Below are positions 54,217-64,000 of a stretch of 64,000 nt of DNA, piece after piece. Every line of letters begins with the position of its first letter. Within the stretch, counting starts at the first letter, position 1. Under the pieces are notes generated by a model. That model did no database searches, had not been told where the DNA came from, and worked only from the letters and a program-made list of their open reading frames with translations. The stretch comes from Phycisphaerae bacterium (GTDB taxonomy: Bacteria > Planctomycetota > Phycisphaerae > Phycisphaerales > UBA5793), in the NCBI GenBank assembly GCA_039794345.1, contig JBDIVQ010000002.1, positions 6,558-70,557 on the forward strand, in the 5' to 3' direction. The position numbers and the translations under genes were made by a program.

Positions 54217-56127
54217 TCACAGTTCAACCCCCAGCAGCAAGTCGTCTGACGGAACGCGAGCAAGCTCCACCCGGATCAAGTCTGGCGGAATGTCCGTCTC
54301 TTGCGGCCTTGTTGTCGTGCTCACGATCAGCTGGAACACCGGCGACGAAGTCTGATGCCAGGCAGCGAGCCGGCGCATCAGCCGGTTGAAGATCCCAATC
54401 TCCATGTCGGCCTCGCGAGGGCTGTCGAGGATCATCATTCGGGGGTGATGCCCATATCCATCCATGGCCGATTGAAGCGCCGCAAGGTCAAGGCTCAGAA
54501 CGAGCGCCGACGTGGAGGTCGCTTCCCCAGGGGCACCTGTCCGGCCCACGATGTTGAGGCGGATGGCCTTTGACTCCATCGACAACTCGAAGCGACGGCT
54601 CGCGCCGACAAGCTCTTCGCATAGTGCGGCAAACCGCTTTGGCAGCCAAGCCCGCGTGGTGGCCAGCGACTCGCGAAGCTGACTCTGCTTCTCGCGCGAC
54701 TGATTGATCTGGGTGGTCAGTTCATCGTGCTCGCTCATGGCCCGCGGCAGGCGCGACGTTCGCTGAATATGCCGCTCAACTCGCTGATCCATCGCGCGAT
54801 GAAGAGCAATCCGTCCATCGATGCCGGCCGTGAGGGTGGAGAGGCCCACCTCAGCCTGCCGCAGTTCGGATCGCCGCGCCGTCAGATCGGCGCTGAGTTT
54901 CGGCGTTGTCGCTCGCAACTCCTGTTGCCGCGCCTTGATCTGCTCAAGCTCCCCCTCCAGGTCGGCCACGCCGTCCAAGTCCGGGCTGGGTACCTGCTGT
55001 CGAGCGATCTTCAACTTCGCGGGGCAGTCGTCTGTCTGCAGGTCGCAGAGTGCCGCGAACTGCTCGTACACGGTCCGAGGTCGCTCTCGCCGCCTATTGA
55101 TATGTACAGTCACTGCGTGGGCCCGAGCGGCAAGTGACCTCTCCTCAGCGGTAGCGTCCGCCAGTGACTGGAATGCACGCTCGTAGCTCGCGCGAATGGT
55201 GGCGAGGCCCAGCTTCTTGACTTCCTCCTCGCGAAGAGCGAGCAGTCTCTGCGTCCGTTGCCGTATCAACTCCTGCTCAAGTTGCGAGATGCCGACCGCG
55301 TTCGATTCAAGCAGGGCCTGAAGATCGTTCGTAACCGCTGACTCCTCCGCGCCAATCTGCCGTTCCAGGCTCTTCACCTCGTCGGCCAGGGTCTGCCGCC
55401 GCTGGAGTAAGTCGTCATGCTCCTCGAAGAGCACCTTCTCGCGGTTGTCCATCAACCCGCACACAGAGCGCAGGACGATTGATGCGTCCTCCTTGTCCAG
55501 CACGTGCGTCCCTGAATCGGTCTCCACATGCCGCCACACGAGCGGATGCGCATAACGACACTTCTGATCCCTCGCGATCCAGGCGAGCACATCGAGCCAC
55601 TCGATTGGCCGGCGGGCGTGTGTCAGCAGCGGTGAGGTGACGGGCTCCAGCACTGCGTCACCCAAGCGCCGAAGGAATTCGGCGTAGGCGTCTTCCGGCT
55701 GTTCAGCATCCAGGAGCTCTCGCCACTCGCTCACTCGCGCGGCTCGGGCAACGAGCGTGGAGGGAGCGCCCAGAGGCCGGAGCACTGCCCAACCCTCTCC
55801 GCCTACACGAAACTCGCCGACGACAACACTGTCCGGCAATGCCCGACGGATGGCGACTCGGGTTTGGCTGTCCGCGTATCGAGCTTCGCCGAGAAGGTAG
55901 CGAATCAAACGGGTCAGAAGCGTCTTGCCGACATCATGGCCGAGCGCCTCAACCGCATCGGGTGCTGGTTGCCGCGTGACGATGAGGTTCAGGCCCAGCT
56001 CGAACGGGATCTCGCGGATGATGTCAACAGGCTCGACTTGCCGGAGCAGCACGAGCCGCCGGATCCACACCGGGGGCTCGGACGTGACCGCCGCTGGCGG
56101 AGGATCAGGGAACAATGTATTGGACAT
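54217..56127 (-). CDS. coiled-coil ABC/SMC-like ATPase (DUF3732/ABC-3C-like)
   Basis: N-terminal FELGLNLIVT...LGHDVGKTLLTRLIRYLLG (degenerate Walker A). About 300 aa of central heptad-rich coiled coil. C-terminal TSTSALVLSLDLAALQ...HPRMMILDSPREADME (signature-like, Walker B, D-loop). A strong GGAGG precedes the start, which overlaps the drmMI end by 23 nt. Confidence 0.65.
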   Translation of the reverse strand: MSNTLFPDPPPAAVTSEPPVWIRRLVLLRQVEPVDIIREIPFELGLNLIVTRQPAPDAVEALGHDVGKTLLTRLIRYLLGEARYADSQTRVAIRRALPDSVVVGEFRVGGEGWAVLRPLGAPSTLVARAARVSEWRELLDAEQPEDAYAEFLRRLGDAVLEPVTSPLLTHARRPIEWLDVLAWIARDQKCRYAHPLVWRHVETDSGTHVLDKEDASIVLRSVCGLMDNREKVLFEEHDDLLQRRQTLADEVKSLERQIGAEESAVTNDLQALLESNAVGISQLEQELIRQRTQRLLALREEEVKKLGLATIRASYERAFQSLADATAEERSLAARAHAVTVHINRRRERPRTVYEQFAALCDLQTDDCPAKLKIARQQVPSPDLDGVADLEGELEQIKARQQELRATTPKLSADLTARRSELRQAEVGLSTLTAGIDGRIALHRAMDQRVERHIQRTSRLPRAMSEHDELTTQINQSREKQSQLRESLATTRAWLPKRFAALCEELVGASRRFELSMESKAIRLNIVGRTGAPGEATSTSALVLSLDLAALQSAMDGYGHHPRMMILDSPREADMEIGIFNRLMRRLAAWHQTSSPVFQLIVSTTTRPQETDIPPDLIRVELARVPSDDLLLGVEL

Positions 56128-59100
56128 CGTCCACCTCCACCGGCCAGGCGCGCTTCAGTGCTTCGCCTTCCCTGAACAGCGCTGCCGCCTCCTTCGCCAT
56201 GTCCGCGTGCTCTGGTTTCGTGAGCGTGATGCGTTGATCGGTTCGGGTCACGACTCCGCCGTCCGAAAGCGTCGCGTAGCCCATTGCCGTGAGCGACTGC
56301 CAGAGCTGTTTGAGCGACCCCAGGGGATCCTGCGTGCTGTTGGCTGCCGTGGCGCTGCCATCCGCGTACAACTCGCGAGCTCGCTGGTTTACCGCCAGAA
56401 TGAACATCCGCTCGGCTGCGACCTGCCGGACTCGCGCGGGCGCGAGTTCGTCAAGGATCGCCACCATCAGCTCGACGGCCTCCAGCATCGGAACCGGCTC
56501 GACTTCGAACCCGCCTGCTGGCGCCTTGAACAGGTCTGGGACGGACGCCGCGACTTTCTTACGACCCCGCTTCGCTGCCTTCGGTTTCTTCTCCGCCGCC
56601 TCCGCGGCCAGGCCTGTTCGGCGTTCCTCCTCGGCGCGCTGCTTGTTCAGTTCCAGCAGGCGGGCGAGGACCTCGTCGCGGGTCTCCTCGGGCCAGCGGC
56701 AGCGCCAGGCGAGGCGCTTGCGGGACGGTGGCAGCTTGGCGGCGAACGCCAGGGCCTCGGCCGCGGTGGGCCACCAGAGTTGCTCGGGGACTTCGAGGTC
56801 CGGCGGCAGGTCGTCATCCTCGATGTCGAGGTAGTCGAGGCCGAAGCCGCAGACGGGGTGGATGTCGGTCCAGTCGTAGGCGTCGAGCACGGCGCGGTCC
56901 ATGGCATCGTGCAACTCGCGCAGCTTGAGGATGTCCGCGTCGCCCTCGGCCGGGTCGTGGAAGCGGTTGTAGGTCGCGGTGAGCCCCTCGTTGTTGCGGA
57001 CCATCAGATCGGCACGAAACTCGTAGTACGCCTGGCCCGCCGCCTCCATCCGCGGATTCGTCTCGAAGCCCGCGGGGAGTGGGTAGGTCTCAAAGCAGTC
57101 TGTCGGGGTGTAGCGGAGATCGTCTTTCATGGACGAGGCAAAGAACCGTGCCCACGCTTCGTGAGGCTGGCACTGCAACGTGCAAAACGCCCCCCATGCG
57201 TCAAACGCCAGAACCACGAGCGTATTGGCGAACACCATGGCAGGCGGAAGCATCGCAAAACTCATGTGCGGCGTCGCGCCGCAGTTGATGACGAGCACTC
57301 GAGGGAGGCCGACGATGGCGGCGTAGAGTTCGCCACGAGGACGCAGGTAGAGCCACCAGTTCTCCTTACCCCACTTGTCTTTCTGGGCCAGCCTTTCGGG
57401 CTTGACCCGTTCCTCTACAAGAGCCAACAACTCAGGCCAGCGACGATGAACCTCTGCCTTGCTCAACAAGCCAAAGTTGATCGCATAGCGGCTGTGCGCC
57501 AGTGATGGATCGTTGTTGACTTCCTCTCCGCCGATGTATGGATAGATCGCGTGCTGGTTGTCAGGACGTGCCCTAATCAGAGCTTCCATCTCCGTCAGAG
57601 AAGAAGCAGCACCGCGGCCGCCCAGGCCGTCGAAGGTGAAGCCCATGCCCAAGATAATGACGCCTTGAAAACTCTTCCCCGCGTTTGCTTGCAGGACTTC
57701 GGGGTTGTCGTGAGTGCCGGCGTGGAAAAGATACGCAGAGATCATCGGCACGGGCCGTCCATCGAGTTCGAACGGGCCGGGTAGCTCACCCTTGTGTATG
57801 TGGACGACGCTGACCACGACGGCGGCCTGCCCGGGCCACTTGTAGCGGCGCCGGGCGGCGTAAATCGTGCCACCATGCGTGCAGATCCAACGCAGCCCGG
57901 TAGTGCGGGTATCGCCCTGACCGATGGTGTTGGTCGCGATGAGCCCGAAGCACCCGCACGGGCGGAGCAGGTTGAACCCGCGCCGGAAGAAGTGGGCTAC
58001 GAGATCGGCGTTTCCATGTGCTTCTTCATGCAGTGCCTGCAACCAGTCCAGGTAGTGCTCGCGGTTGCTATTGATCAGCGTGTTCTTGCCTGCAAAGGGT
58101 GGATTGCCGACGATCGCATCGAACCCCGAATCATCGCGGCCGAACACTTCGGGGAACTCGATTTCCCAGTGAAACGGCGCCACCGGTTGCTGACCACCGC
58201 GCAAGTGGCTAAGGGTTGCCTGAATGTTGGTGAAAGCCTTCGCATCGGTCCGCTGCTTCCAAGCCGCGAGCAGGCCGAGGTACTCGTCGCGCGTCTCCTT
58301 CCGCTCCCTGGGCTTGGACCCGTCGAAGAACGACGCGACGCACAGGTCGCCCGCGAGCCGCGCCGGCTCCAGCGCCTCATCCGCGACGGCCAACTTCTGC
58401 GCCTTGTTCGCAGGCGGCATGTCATCGCCCGCGGCGAGGATCTGGCGGCGTTCTCGCAACGCCCTGTCCATCTGCTCCGCGAGCTTGCCCTGCACAAAAG
58501 TCGGCTCGCCCGTGCCCTCCAGGTTGAAGTGGGCGATCTGCTTGCGCGTCAGGCCCACGAGCGAATCGCCCGTGCGAAGCGAGTGGTCGAGGAAGGTGAA
58601 CGGGTGGTCCTTGGCGAGCGTGGCCAGCCAGAGGGAGAGTTTGGCGAGGTCGGTCGCCATCGGGTTCTTATCGACGCCGTAGAGGCAGCGCTGGGCGATG
58701 AGGCGGCGGGCGTAGAGCAGTTCATCCTCATCGGCGGGGATGCGCGGCTTGTAGCCGTGGTGCGCCCACGAGGCGACGAGCTGATCCGCGAGTTGGCGGC
58801 AGGCCTCGACGAGGAACGCGCCCGAGCCCATGGCCGGGTCGCAGACCTTCAGGTCGAGGATCTGGTCGGGCTCGGGGTGCTCGCCGAGTTGCTTGAGGAT
58901 CGGCTCCAAGGCCTTGCGGACGATCGGCTCGGTGAGCGAGCGCGGTGTGTAGTGCGAGCCGGTCTTGCGGCGCTCGTCGGTCGGGACCAGCACCATCGTG
59001 CCAGCAGATACCGGCTGCGGCGTGGCGTTGCGGGCGATGCGGCGTTCGAGCGCGGCGAGCAAATCATCGATGGCGGCGGCATCCTTCACGGCCGCGGTCA

Positions 59101-60556
59101 TGGTGCTGGTGAGCTTGTAGTCGGTTTGGTCCTGGATGGCCTTGGCGCGGTCGGCGGGCTTGGTCTTGAGGAGTTCATCGAGGTCGACCGGCACGGGGGC
59201 ACCGTGAGCCTTGGCGGCCTTGAGGGCGATGGTGGCGCCGGTGGCCCGCTCCAGGCGGAAGCCCATCATGGTCTCGTAGACCGAGCCGATCTGCTCGACA
59301 TCGAGCGTGCGGTAGGAGAGCCGCTGGCCGTCGAGCAGGAGGAGCTTGCGGAGGACGCGCTCGATGGTGCCGTCGGGCACGAGGGGGAGCTTCTTGTCGG
59401 GGAGCGTCTGCCCTTCGAGGAACGGGTAGCGGTCGGGGTCGAAGAGGTGCCCCTCGCGGGCTGGCATTGCAAGGAGCGGGTGCTGGCACCCGAAGAAGAC
59501 GGCGCGGCAGAGGGCGATGATCTGCGGCCACGCGCCGTAGCGGTGGTCCATCGTGTCGGGGTTCTGCTCCGCATCGGTGCGGAGCCGCTCGAAGAGGCCG
59601 TGGATGGAGTAGTTGCGGACGTAGAGGTCGGAGGTGGGCATCAGGCCGCGGTCTTCGGCGTAGAGCAGGAAGACGAGGCGCATGAGGACGGTGAGCAGGC
59701 CCTGGTAGATGGAGTCCGGCTGGTCTTTGAGGACGGACATGAGCAGCTCGGCGTGGGCGCGCTCATCGGCGGCCTGAAAGCCGCGGAGGAGTTCGTAGAG
59801 GGCGTCGAGGACCTGTTGGGCGAGGGTGTTGGAGACGCGGGCCTGGTAGTCCCGGCTGCGCTTGAGGAGCGCGGGGAGGCGCGCTTCGGTGGGTGCCGAG
59901 AGCAGGCGCTCGCGGCTAAGGAGCATCTCGAAGGCCGCGACGATGGGGCGACCCGCGGTCTCGACCATGGCCGCGACGGGGAAGGTGACTGTGCCAGTGT
60001 TCTCGCCGCGGGGCGCGTAGACGAGGCGGAAGTGCGTCGGTGTGGTGAGCAGACCGATGGACACCTCGGCCTCGCGGAGGAGACGCTCGAAGCGGCGGGT
60101 GTGGGAAGCGGTCCAGCCGGAGAGTTCGGAGTCGCGCTGGGCGTCGAGGTCCGTGCCGAGCGGGAGTTCCTGGATGAGAAGCATCCACGGGCGTTCGGGG
60201 TCGGCGGGCTTGGGCGGGACGAAGGCGTAGGTGGGTTCGAGGGTTTCGCCGAACTCCTTGAGCGGGATCTTCAGGGCCTCGGGGATGGGGTGCTCAGGCG
60301 TGGCGCCGATGATGCAGTCGTCGGGCCACTCAAGGAACTCTCGGAGGATGCCGAGTGTCGAGCGGATGATGGGGTAGGGCTTCTCGCGGTCGCCGGCTTC
60401 GGTGACCCGTTCAAGAAAGCGTTGCTGCAAAGGGGCGGCGTTGCGATTGGTCGCCACCTGTGCATCGGCGAGCGCAGCCGGCGACACGACCAGGCCATCG
60501 GGCTGGAGGTACCCGATCCACGTCTGGTGGTCGCGGATGATGGGGTCAACCGCCAT
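56105..60556 (-). CDS. drmMI: DISARM DrmMI, large N6-adenine DNA methyltransferase
   Basis: HYTPRSLTEPIV, motif I (VCDPAMGSGAFLVEA) and motif IV (AIVGNPPFAG). 1483 aa. TGATG overlap with drmD. Confidence 0.85.
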   Translation of the reverse strand: MAVDPIIRDHQTWIGYLQPDGLVVSPAALADAQVATNRNAAPLQQRFLERVTEAGDREKPYPIIRSTLGILREFLEWPDDCIIGATPEHPIPEALKIPLKEFGETLEPTYAFVPPKPADPERPWMLLIQELPLGTDLDAQRDSELSGWTASHTRRFERLLREAEVSIGLLTTPTHFRLVYAPRGENTGTVTFPVAAMVETAGRPIVAAFEMLLSRERLLSAPTEARLPALLKRSRDYQARVSNTLAQQVLDALYELLRGFQAADERAHAELLMSVLKDQPDSIYQGLLTVLMRLVFLLYAEDRGLMPTSDLYVRNYSIHGLFERLRTDAEQNPDTMDHRYGAWPQIIALCRAVFFGCQHPLLAMPAREGHLFDPDRYPFLEGQTLPDKKLPLVPDGTIERVLRKLLLLDGQRLSYRTLDVEQIGSVYETMMGFRLERATGATIALKAAKAHGAPVPVDLDELLKTKPADRAKAIQDQTDYKLTSTMTAAVKDAAAIDDLLAALERRIARNATPQPVSAGTMVLVPTDERRKTGSHYTPRSLTEPIVRKALEPILKQLGEHPEPDQILDLKVCDPAMGSGAFLVEACRQLADQLVASWAHHGYKPRIPADEDELLYARRLIAQRCLYGVDKNPMATDLAKLSLWLATLAKDHPFTFLDHSLRTGDSLVGLTRKQIAHFNLEGTGEPTFVQGKLAEQMDRALRERRQILAAGDDMPPANKAQKLAVADEALEPARLAGDLCVASFFDGSKPRERKETRDEYLGLLAAWKQRTDAKAFTNIQATLSHLRGGQQPVAPFHWEIEFPEVFGRDDSGFDAIVGNPPFAGKNTLINSNREHYLDWLQALHEEAHGNADLVAHFFRRGFNLLRPCGCFGLIATNTIGQGDTRTTGLRWICTHGGTIYAARRRYKWPGQAAVVVSVVHIHKGELPGPFELDGRPVPMISAYLFHAGTHDNPEVLQANAGKSFQGVIILGMGFTFDGLGGRGAASSLTEMEALIRARPDNQHAIYPYIGGEEVNNDPSLAHSRYAINFGLLSKAEVHRRWPELLALVEERVKPERLAQKDKWGKENWWLYLRPRGELYAAIVGLPRVLVINCGATPHMSFAMLPPAMVFANTLVVLAFDAWGAFCTLQCQPHEAWARFFASSMKDDLRYTPTDCFETYPLPAGFETNPRMEAAGQAYYEFRADLMVRNNEGLTATYNRFHDPAEGDADILKLRELHDAMDRAVLDAYDWTDIHPVCGFGLDYLDIEDDDLPPDLEVPEQLWWPTAAEALAFAAKLPPSRKRLAWRCRWPEETRDEVLARLLELNKQRAEEERRTGLAAEAAEKKPKAAKRGRKKVAASVPDLFKAPAGGFEVEPVPMLEAVELMVAILDELAPARVRQVAAERMFILAVNQRARELYADGSATAANSTQDPLGSLKQLWQSLTAMGYATLSDGGVVTRTDQRITLTKPEHADMAKEAAALFREGEALKRAWPVEVDDVQYIVP

Positions 60557-63500
60557 CAGGCGCCCTCCGGGATGAGGTAGACGATGCCCAGGGGCTCGAT
60601 GCGGGCTGACGCAACGGTGTAGAAGCTCACGATGCGTGCGGGCTCTCGCTCCAGGTCGTCCTCCACGTTGTCAATCCATCGCTGCCAGTAGCGGCGATTG
60701 GACTCGTAGGTGCGCTTCTCATCGTCTGTCGTGAAGAGTTTGAGCTGGGAGTCGGCTGACTTGCCAAGTTCGGACTCGATGCGCTTCTTCTGGTCTTCGA
60801 GGATCCGGCGCATCTCCTTGGACTCGGCCTCGCCGCGTTCCTGGAGTTTCGCCTCGGCTTCGGCGCGGGCGGCGTCGCCGCGGCCCTGGATGAAGGGGAG
60901 GAGTTCGTCGAGGTCGCGGGGGAGGGAGGCGAGGTATCTCGCCGCGGCGACTTCGGGCAGGCCGCGTTGCGCACCGGGCTTCAACGCGGTGGTGAGCAGC
61001 TCGACCGTGCGGGCTTCGGCTTCGCGGGCGTACGGCTTGAGAGGTTCGTGCCGGGCTGAAGGGTCTTGCCAACGGGCGGTGACGGTGAGCACTTCTTCGT
61101 GAAGGCGGCTGGCGCCTGGGCCATAGAGCGAGAGCCGTCCGAGGAGCACGACTCGGGGCACATTGTCAGAACTCTGCGCGATGCACGCGCGCGAAAGGTC
61201 GTGGTGCACGAACCCTTGGGCAAGGAAGCGGCCGAGGAGCCGCTGCGCGATGCGATGTTGCAGGTGGACCTGGACGATGCTGTCGTCGATGCCCTTGGGC
61301 GGCTCGAAGACGATCGGCCTGATCGGGGCTTCGCGACGCCAGGAGAAGTCGCGCTTGCCGTTCTCGGGAAGGCTTCTGAGCGTGTCGAGCGTGGGCGCCC
61401 AGGTCGGGTCGCCGCCCTTCTTCGCGTCGAGCCGGGGGAAGATGTAGCGGCCGGAGCCCGGGGGGTCCTCGACGAGCGGCTCGGCCTTGTTGATCTCCAG
61501 CGCGCACGAGAGGGCGTCGCGGAAGGATTCTTCGTCGAACGCGATCCACTTGCGAGCGTCATCGACTCGTCGGTCGAGGCCCGCGATCTGCTCGCGAAGG
61601 TCATCCTGTCGGAGCCGTGCTGCTTCGAGTTCCTCTTCCGTTGTCGCCTGCTTCTCCGGGTCGAGACTGGCGCTGTCGATCGCCCCGGCCATTCGGGCGG
61701 CGTCGGCATGGCGGATGCCGTGCTTGAGCGTGTCAGCGAGCCGCGATTCGAGCACCTGCGAGAGACTCCCGAGTTCCTCGCGGATGGTCTTCGTCTTCCG
61801 CACGAGGGCCTGGAGGACGCGGTCCTCCGGTCGCTGGAGGTAGACGAAGTAGTGGCAGTACACATTGTCAGAGGGCTGTAGCTTCCGGTCGATGCGGCCG
61901 TTGCGCTGCTCAAGGCGGCTGGGGTTCCACGGTACGTCAATGTGGAACAGGTTGTGGCAGTGGGCCTGGAGGTTGAGACCCTCGCGAGCGGCATCGGTGG
62001 CGATCAGAATCCGCACGGGGTGCTCGTCGGGCGGGGCGTTGAAGGCACGCTTGATCTGCTCGCGCTTGTTCGGCGGGGTAGGGCCGTGAAACACTTCAAT
62101 GCGCTCATCTGCTCGGTCGGTGCCGGCGACCGCCGCGCGCAGACAATTGAGGACGTACCGCTTCGTATCCTCGTACTCGGTGAAGAGGATGACGCGGAGG
62201 TCCGTCCACCCTGCACCTCGCGACGGCTCACGCTCGCCGGGCAGGCGGAGCCCGGCACACATCTTCTCTCGCATCCACTGGATCAGGTGCCGGATGCGTG
62301 CATCCGGCAGGCCGCGTTGCTGCTCGGCGATCTGCTCCATGCGTTCGAGAAGTTGCTTCTCGCGATTACGGTCCGCACGGGTCTGGTCGCCGGTCGTGGC
62401 TTCGGTGGCGGCCTCGAACTGGTTGTCTTCCAGGGCTGAGAACTCTTCCTCGGTCAGTGCGGCCCGGTCGTCGTCGCTGTCGATGCCGCTACCAAGAAGG
62501 TCGGCGTCCTCGGCTGCAGCACTGCGGTCGGAAGCGGCGGGGAGTGAAGCCTGTTCTCGCTCCCAGATACGCTCCATCGTCTTGCGGTGGACCCGGAGCG
62601 TCTTCGCGAACGCCTCGACCGAGGAAAGCAGCCGCTGCTGAAGCCCGGAGATCAGAAGCCCTGCGGCGGCCTGCTTGCGCTTGCTCTCTCCCTCAACCCG
62701 TCGTGCGCGAACCTCGCGGTATTCGTTGAGAAAGCGGGAGAGTTCGAGTTCGGGTGCATCCTCGGGCAAGCCCTTGATGTCAACCTGCACGACATGCCGT
62801 TCGGGAAAGCCCCCGGCGACGGTGCGCAGGTCATCCTTGAGGCGGCGGACCATCACGTCGTCGAGGTTGCTCTTGAGCACTTTGACGCCGCGGCAGAATC
62901 GTTGCGAGTCGAGGATCTCCAGCAGGGCGCTGAAGCTGTTCGAGTGGCCATTGTGAGGCGTCGCCGAGAGGAATAGTCGATGTTCGAAGCGTGGGGCAAG
63001 GTCTCGAATGGCACGAGTGATTCGTGAATCGATGGCGTACTTCGCACCGCTGGATGGCGCGGCATGGTGGGCTTCGTCGAGAATCAGCATCGATCCCGGA
63101 CGCAGATTGTCGAGCCAGTCGCGTAGCGGGGCGGCGTACGTTTCGTCGATCAGCAGGCGGTGGGACACGAGAAACCGTGGAAAAGTCGTCCACGGGTTGA
63201 CCCCGAATCCTCGCTCCTCGCGCACACGCTCGACATACTCACGGTCGAGGATCTCGAACACCAGTCCGAAACGAGCCTCCAGCTCATCCTTCCACTGCGG
63301 CAGCATGGAGGGCGGGCAGGCGACAACGATGTCCCGGATGCGCTTGCGGAGCAGCAACTCCATCGCGATGAGGCCCGCCTCAATGGTCTTCCCCAGGCCA
63401 ACGTCGTCGGCGATGAATATGTTGACGCGAGGAAGCCGGAGGGCCTTCCGCAGCGGTTCGAGCTGGTACGCGTCGATTCGGATTCCTGCACGGAAGGGAG

Positions 63501-63924
63501 ATTGAAAGAGCAGCCGGTCTGTCGCGGTTACGCAGTTCCAGCGGATCGAGTTGACGTACGCGGCGAAGAGGCGCGGGGTGTCGAAGCCGCGCTCGCCGAT
63601 CGACTTCCAAGTGTCGTCGCCGACCACTTCACGGTCGATTTCGAGCTCCCAGAGCGCATCGAGTACTTGCCCTTGCGCGTCGTCGTCTAGACACGCGAGT
63701 TGCAGGTGTGCCCCACCAATGCCCGCCTTAGCGCGCTCCACGAGATATGTCCGAGTCCTGACGCGAACCACATCGCCCACTCGCGGTGTATCCGACTTGA
63801 CTTCACGCGTTTGCGGACTCACATGTCCCTCCGCCGGCCCCCAGTCAGAGAACTCGCGCGAACCCTCACAAGTCGAGTGCCCATACGGGTCAGACTGGCC
63901 AGTCTCGGTGTCCGACCCTGCCAC
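60556..63924 (-). CDS. drmD: DISARM DrmD, SNF2-family helicase
   Basis: IADDVGLGKTIEAG (motif I), MLILDEAHHAAP (motif II), LSATPHNGHSNSF, ILIATDAAREGLNLQ and HIDVPWNPSRLEQRNGRIDRKLQ. 1122 aa. Confidence 0.85.
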   Translation of the reverse strand: MAGSDTETGQSDPYGHSTCEGSREFSDWGPAEGHVSPQTREVKSDTPRVGDVVRVRTRTYLVERAKAGIGGAHLQLACLDDDAQGQVLDALWELEIDREVVGDDTWKSIGERGFDTPRLFAAYVNSIRWNCVTATDRLLFQSPFRAGIRIDAYQLEPLRKALRLPRVNIFIADDVGLGKTIEAGLIAMELLLRKRIRDIVVACPPSMLPQWKDELEARFGLVFEILDREYVERVREERGFGVNPWTTFPRFLVSHRLLIDETYAAPLRDWLDNLRPGSMLILDEAHHAAPSSGAKYAIDSRITRAIRDLAPRFEHRLFLSATPHNGHSNSFSALLEILDSQRFCRGVKVLKSNLDDVMVRRLKDDLRTVAGGFPERHVVQVDIKGLPEDAPELELSRFLNEYREVRARRVEGESKRKQAAAGLLISGLQQRLLSSVEAFAKTLRVHRKTMERIWEREQASLPAASDRSAAAEDADLLGSGIDSDDDRAALTEEEFSALEDNQFEAATEATTGDQTRADRNREKQLLERMEQIAEQQRGLPDARIRHLIQWMREKMCAGLRLPGEREPSRGAGWTDLRVILFTEYEDTKRYVLNCLRAAVAGTDRADERIEVFHGPTPPNKREQIKRAFNAPPDEHPVRILIATDAAREGLNLQAHCHNLFHIDVPWNPSRLEQRNGRIDRKLQPSDNVYCHYFVYLQRPEDRVLQALVRKTKTIREELGSLSQVLESRLADTLKHGIRHADAARMAGAIDSASLDPEKQATTEEELEAARLRQDDLREQIAGLDRRVDDARKWIAFDEESFRDALSCALEINKAEPLVEDPPGSGRYIFPRLDAKKGGDPTWAPTLDTLRSLPENGKRDFSWRREAPIRPIVFEPPKGIDDSIVQVHLQHRIAQRLLGRFLAQGFVHHDLSRACIAQSSDNVPRVVLLGRLSLYGPGASRLHEEVLTVTARWQDPSARHEPLKPYAREAEARTVELLTTALKPGAQRGLPEVAAARYLASLPRDLDELLPFIQGRGDAARAEAEAKLQERGEAESKEMRRILEDQKKRIESELGKSADSQLKLFTTDDEKRTYESNRRYWQRWIDNVEDDLEREPARIVSFYTVASARIEPLGIVYLIPEGA

Positions 63925-64000
63925 ATCGCTTTTCAGTTTAGGCGGAAGGAGCGTGGGGTTTGGGAGGAGTAGCCCGCATCGGCCGAACTAGGCTCTCACT

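Noticed and set aside
55925-60580. 526-aa and 928-aa + strand ORFs (55925..57505 and 57794..60580)
   Set aside because: They are antisense to drmMI and the ABC-like ATPase, which carry clear catalytic motifs. The translations are Arg/Gly/Ala-rich with no motifs.
46361-63924. BREX (PglX-like methylase) as an alternative to DISARM
   Set aside because: The large NPPF methylase alone could suggest BREX. However, the accompanying SNF2 helicase, the DEAD-type helicase plus DUF1998 pair and the PLD nuclease form the DISARM class 1 set. No PglZ, BrxC or BrxL-like genes are present.

Overview
High-GC bacterial chromosome segment with four blocks. (1) 1-3.1 kb is core genome: a 3'-truncated di-haem cytochrome c, rpmE (L31) and tRNA-Asn(GTT). 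(2) 3.4-10.8 kb is an RHS/YD-repeat polymorphic-toxin locus. Its core is cut off from a lower-GC, Cys-rich phospholipase-A2-like C-terminal tip by one in-frame TAA, and a candidate immunity gene follows. (3) About 11.1-46.2 kb is an integrated siphovirus-like prophage. It carries a DUF2924 plus large serine recombinase cassette, an ECF-like sigma factor, a Prim-Pol/helicase with an adjacent iteron array, a ParB-fused DNA methyltransferase, VapBC, and terminase, lambda-type portal, S78 protease-capsid fusion, major tail and tape-measure genes, plus several morons. No lysis cassette was recognised. (4) 46.4-63.9 kb is one minus-strand, translationally coupled class 1 DISARM operon (drmD-drmMI-...-drmA-drmB-drmC). 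The most unusual feature is that three extra genes sit between drmMI and drmA: a coiled-coil ABC/SMC-like ATPase, an AvcD-like kinase-deaminase, and an overlapping 59-aa ORF. All calls come from reading the translations and the DNA by eye. No database search was run, so family names are motif-level assignments. Many long ORFs in the track are antisense shadows typical of high-GC DNA and were rejected.
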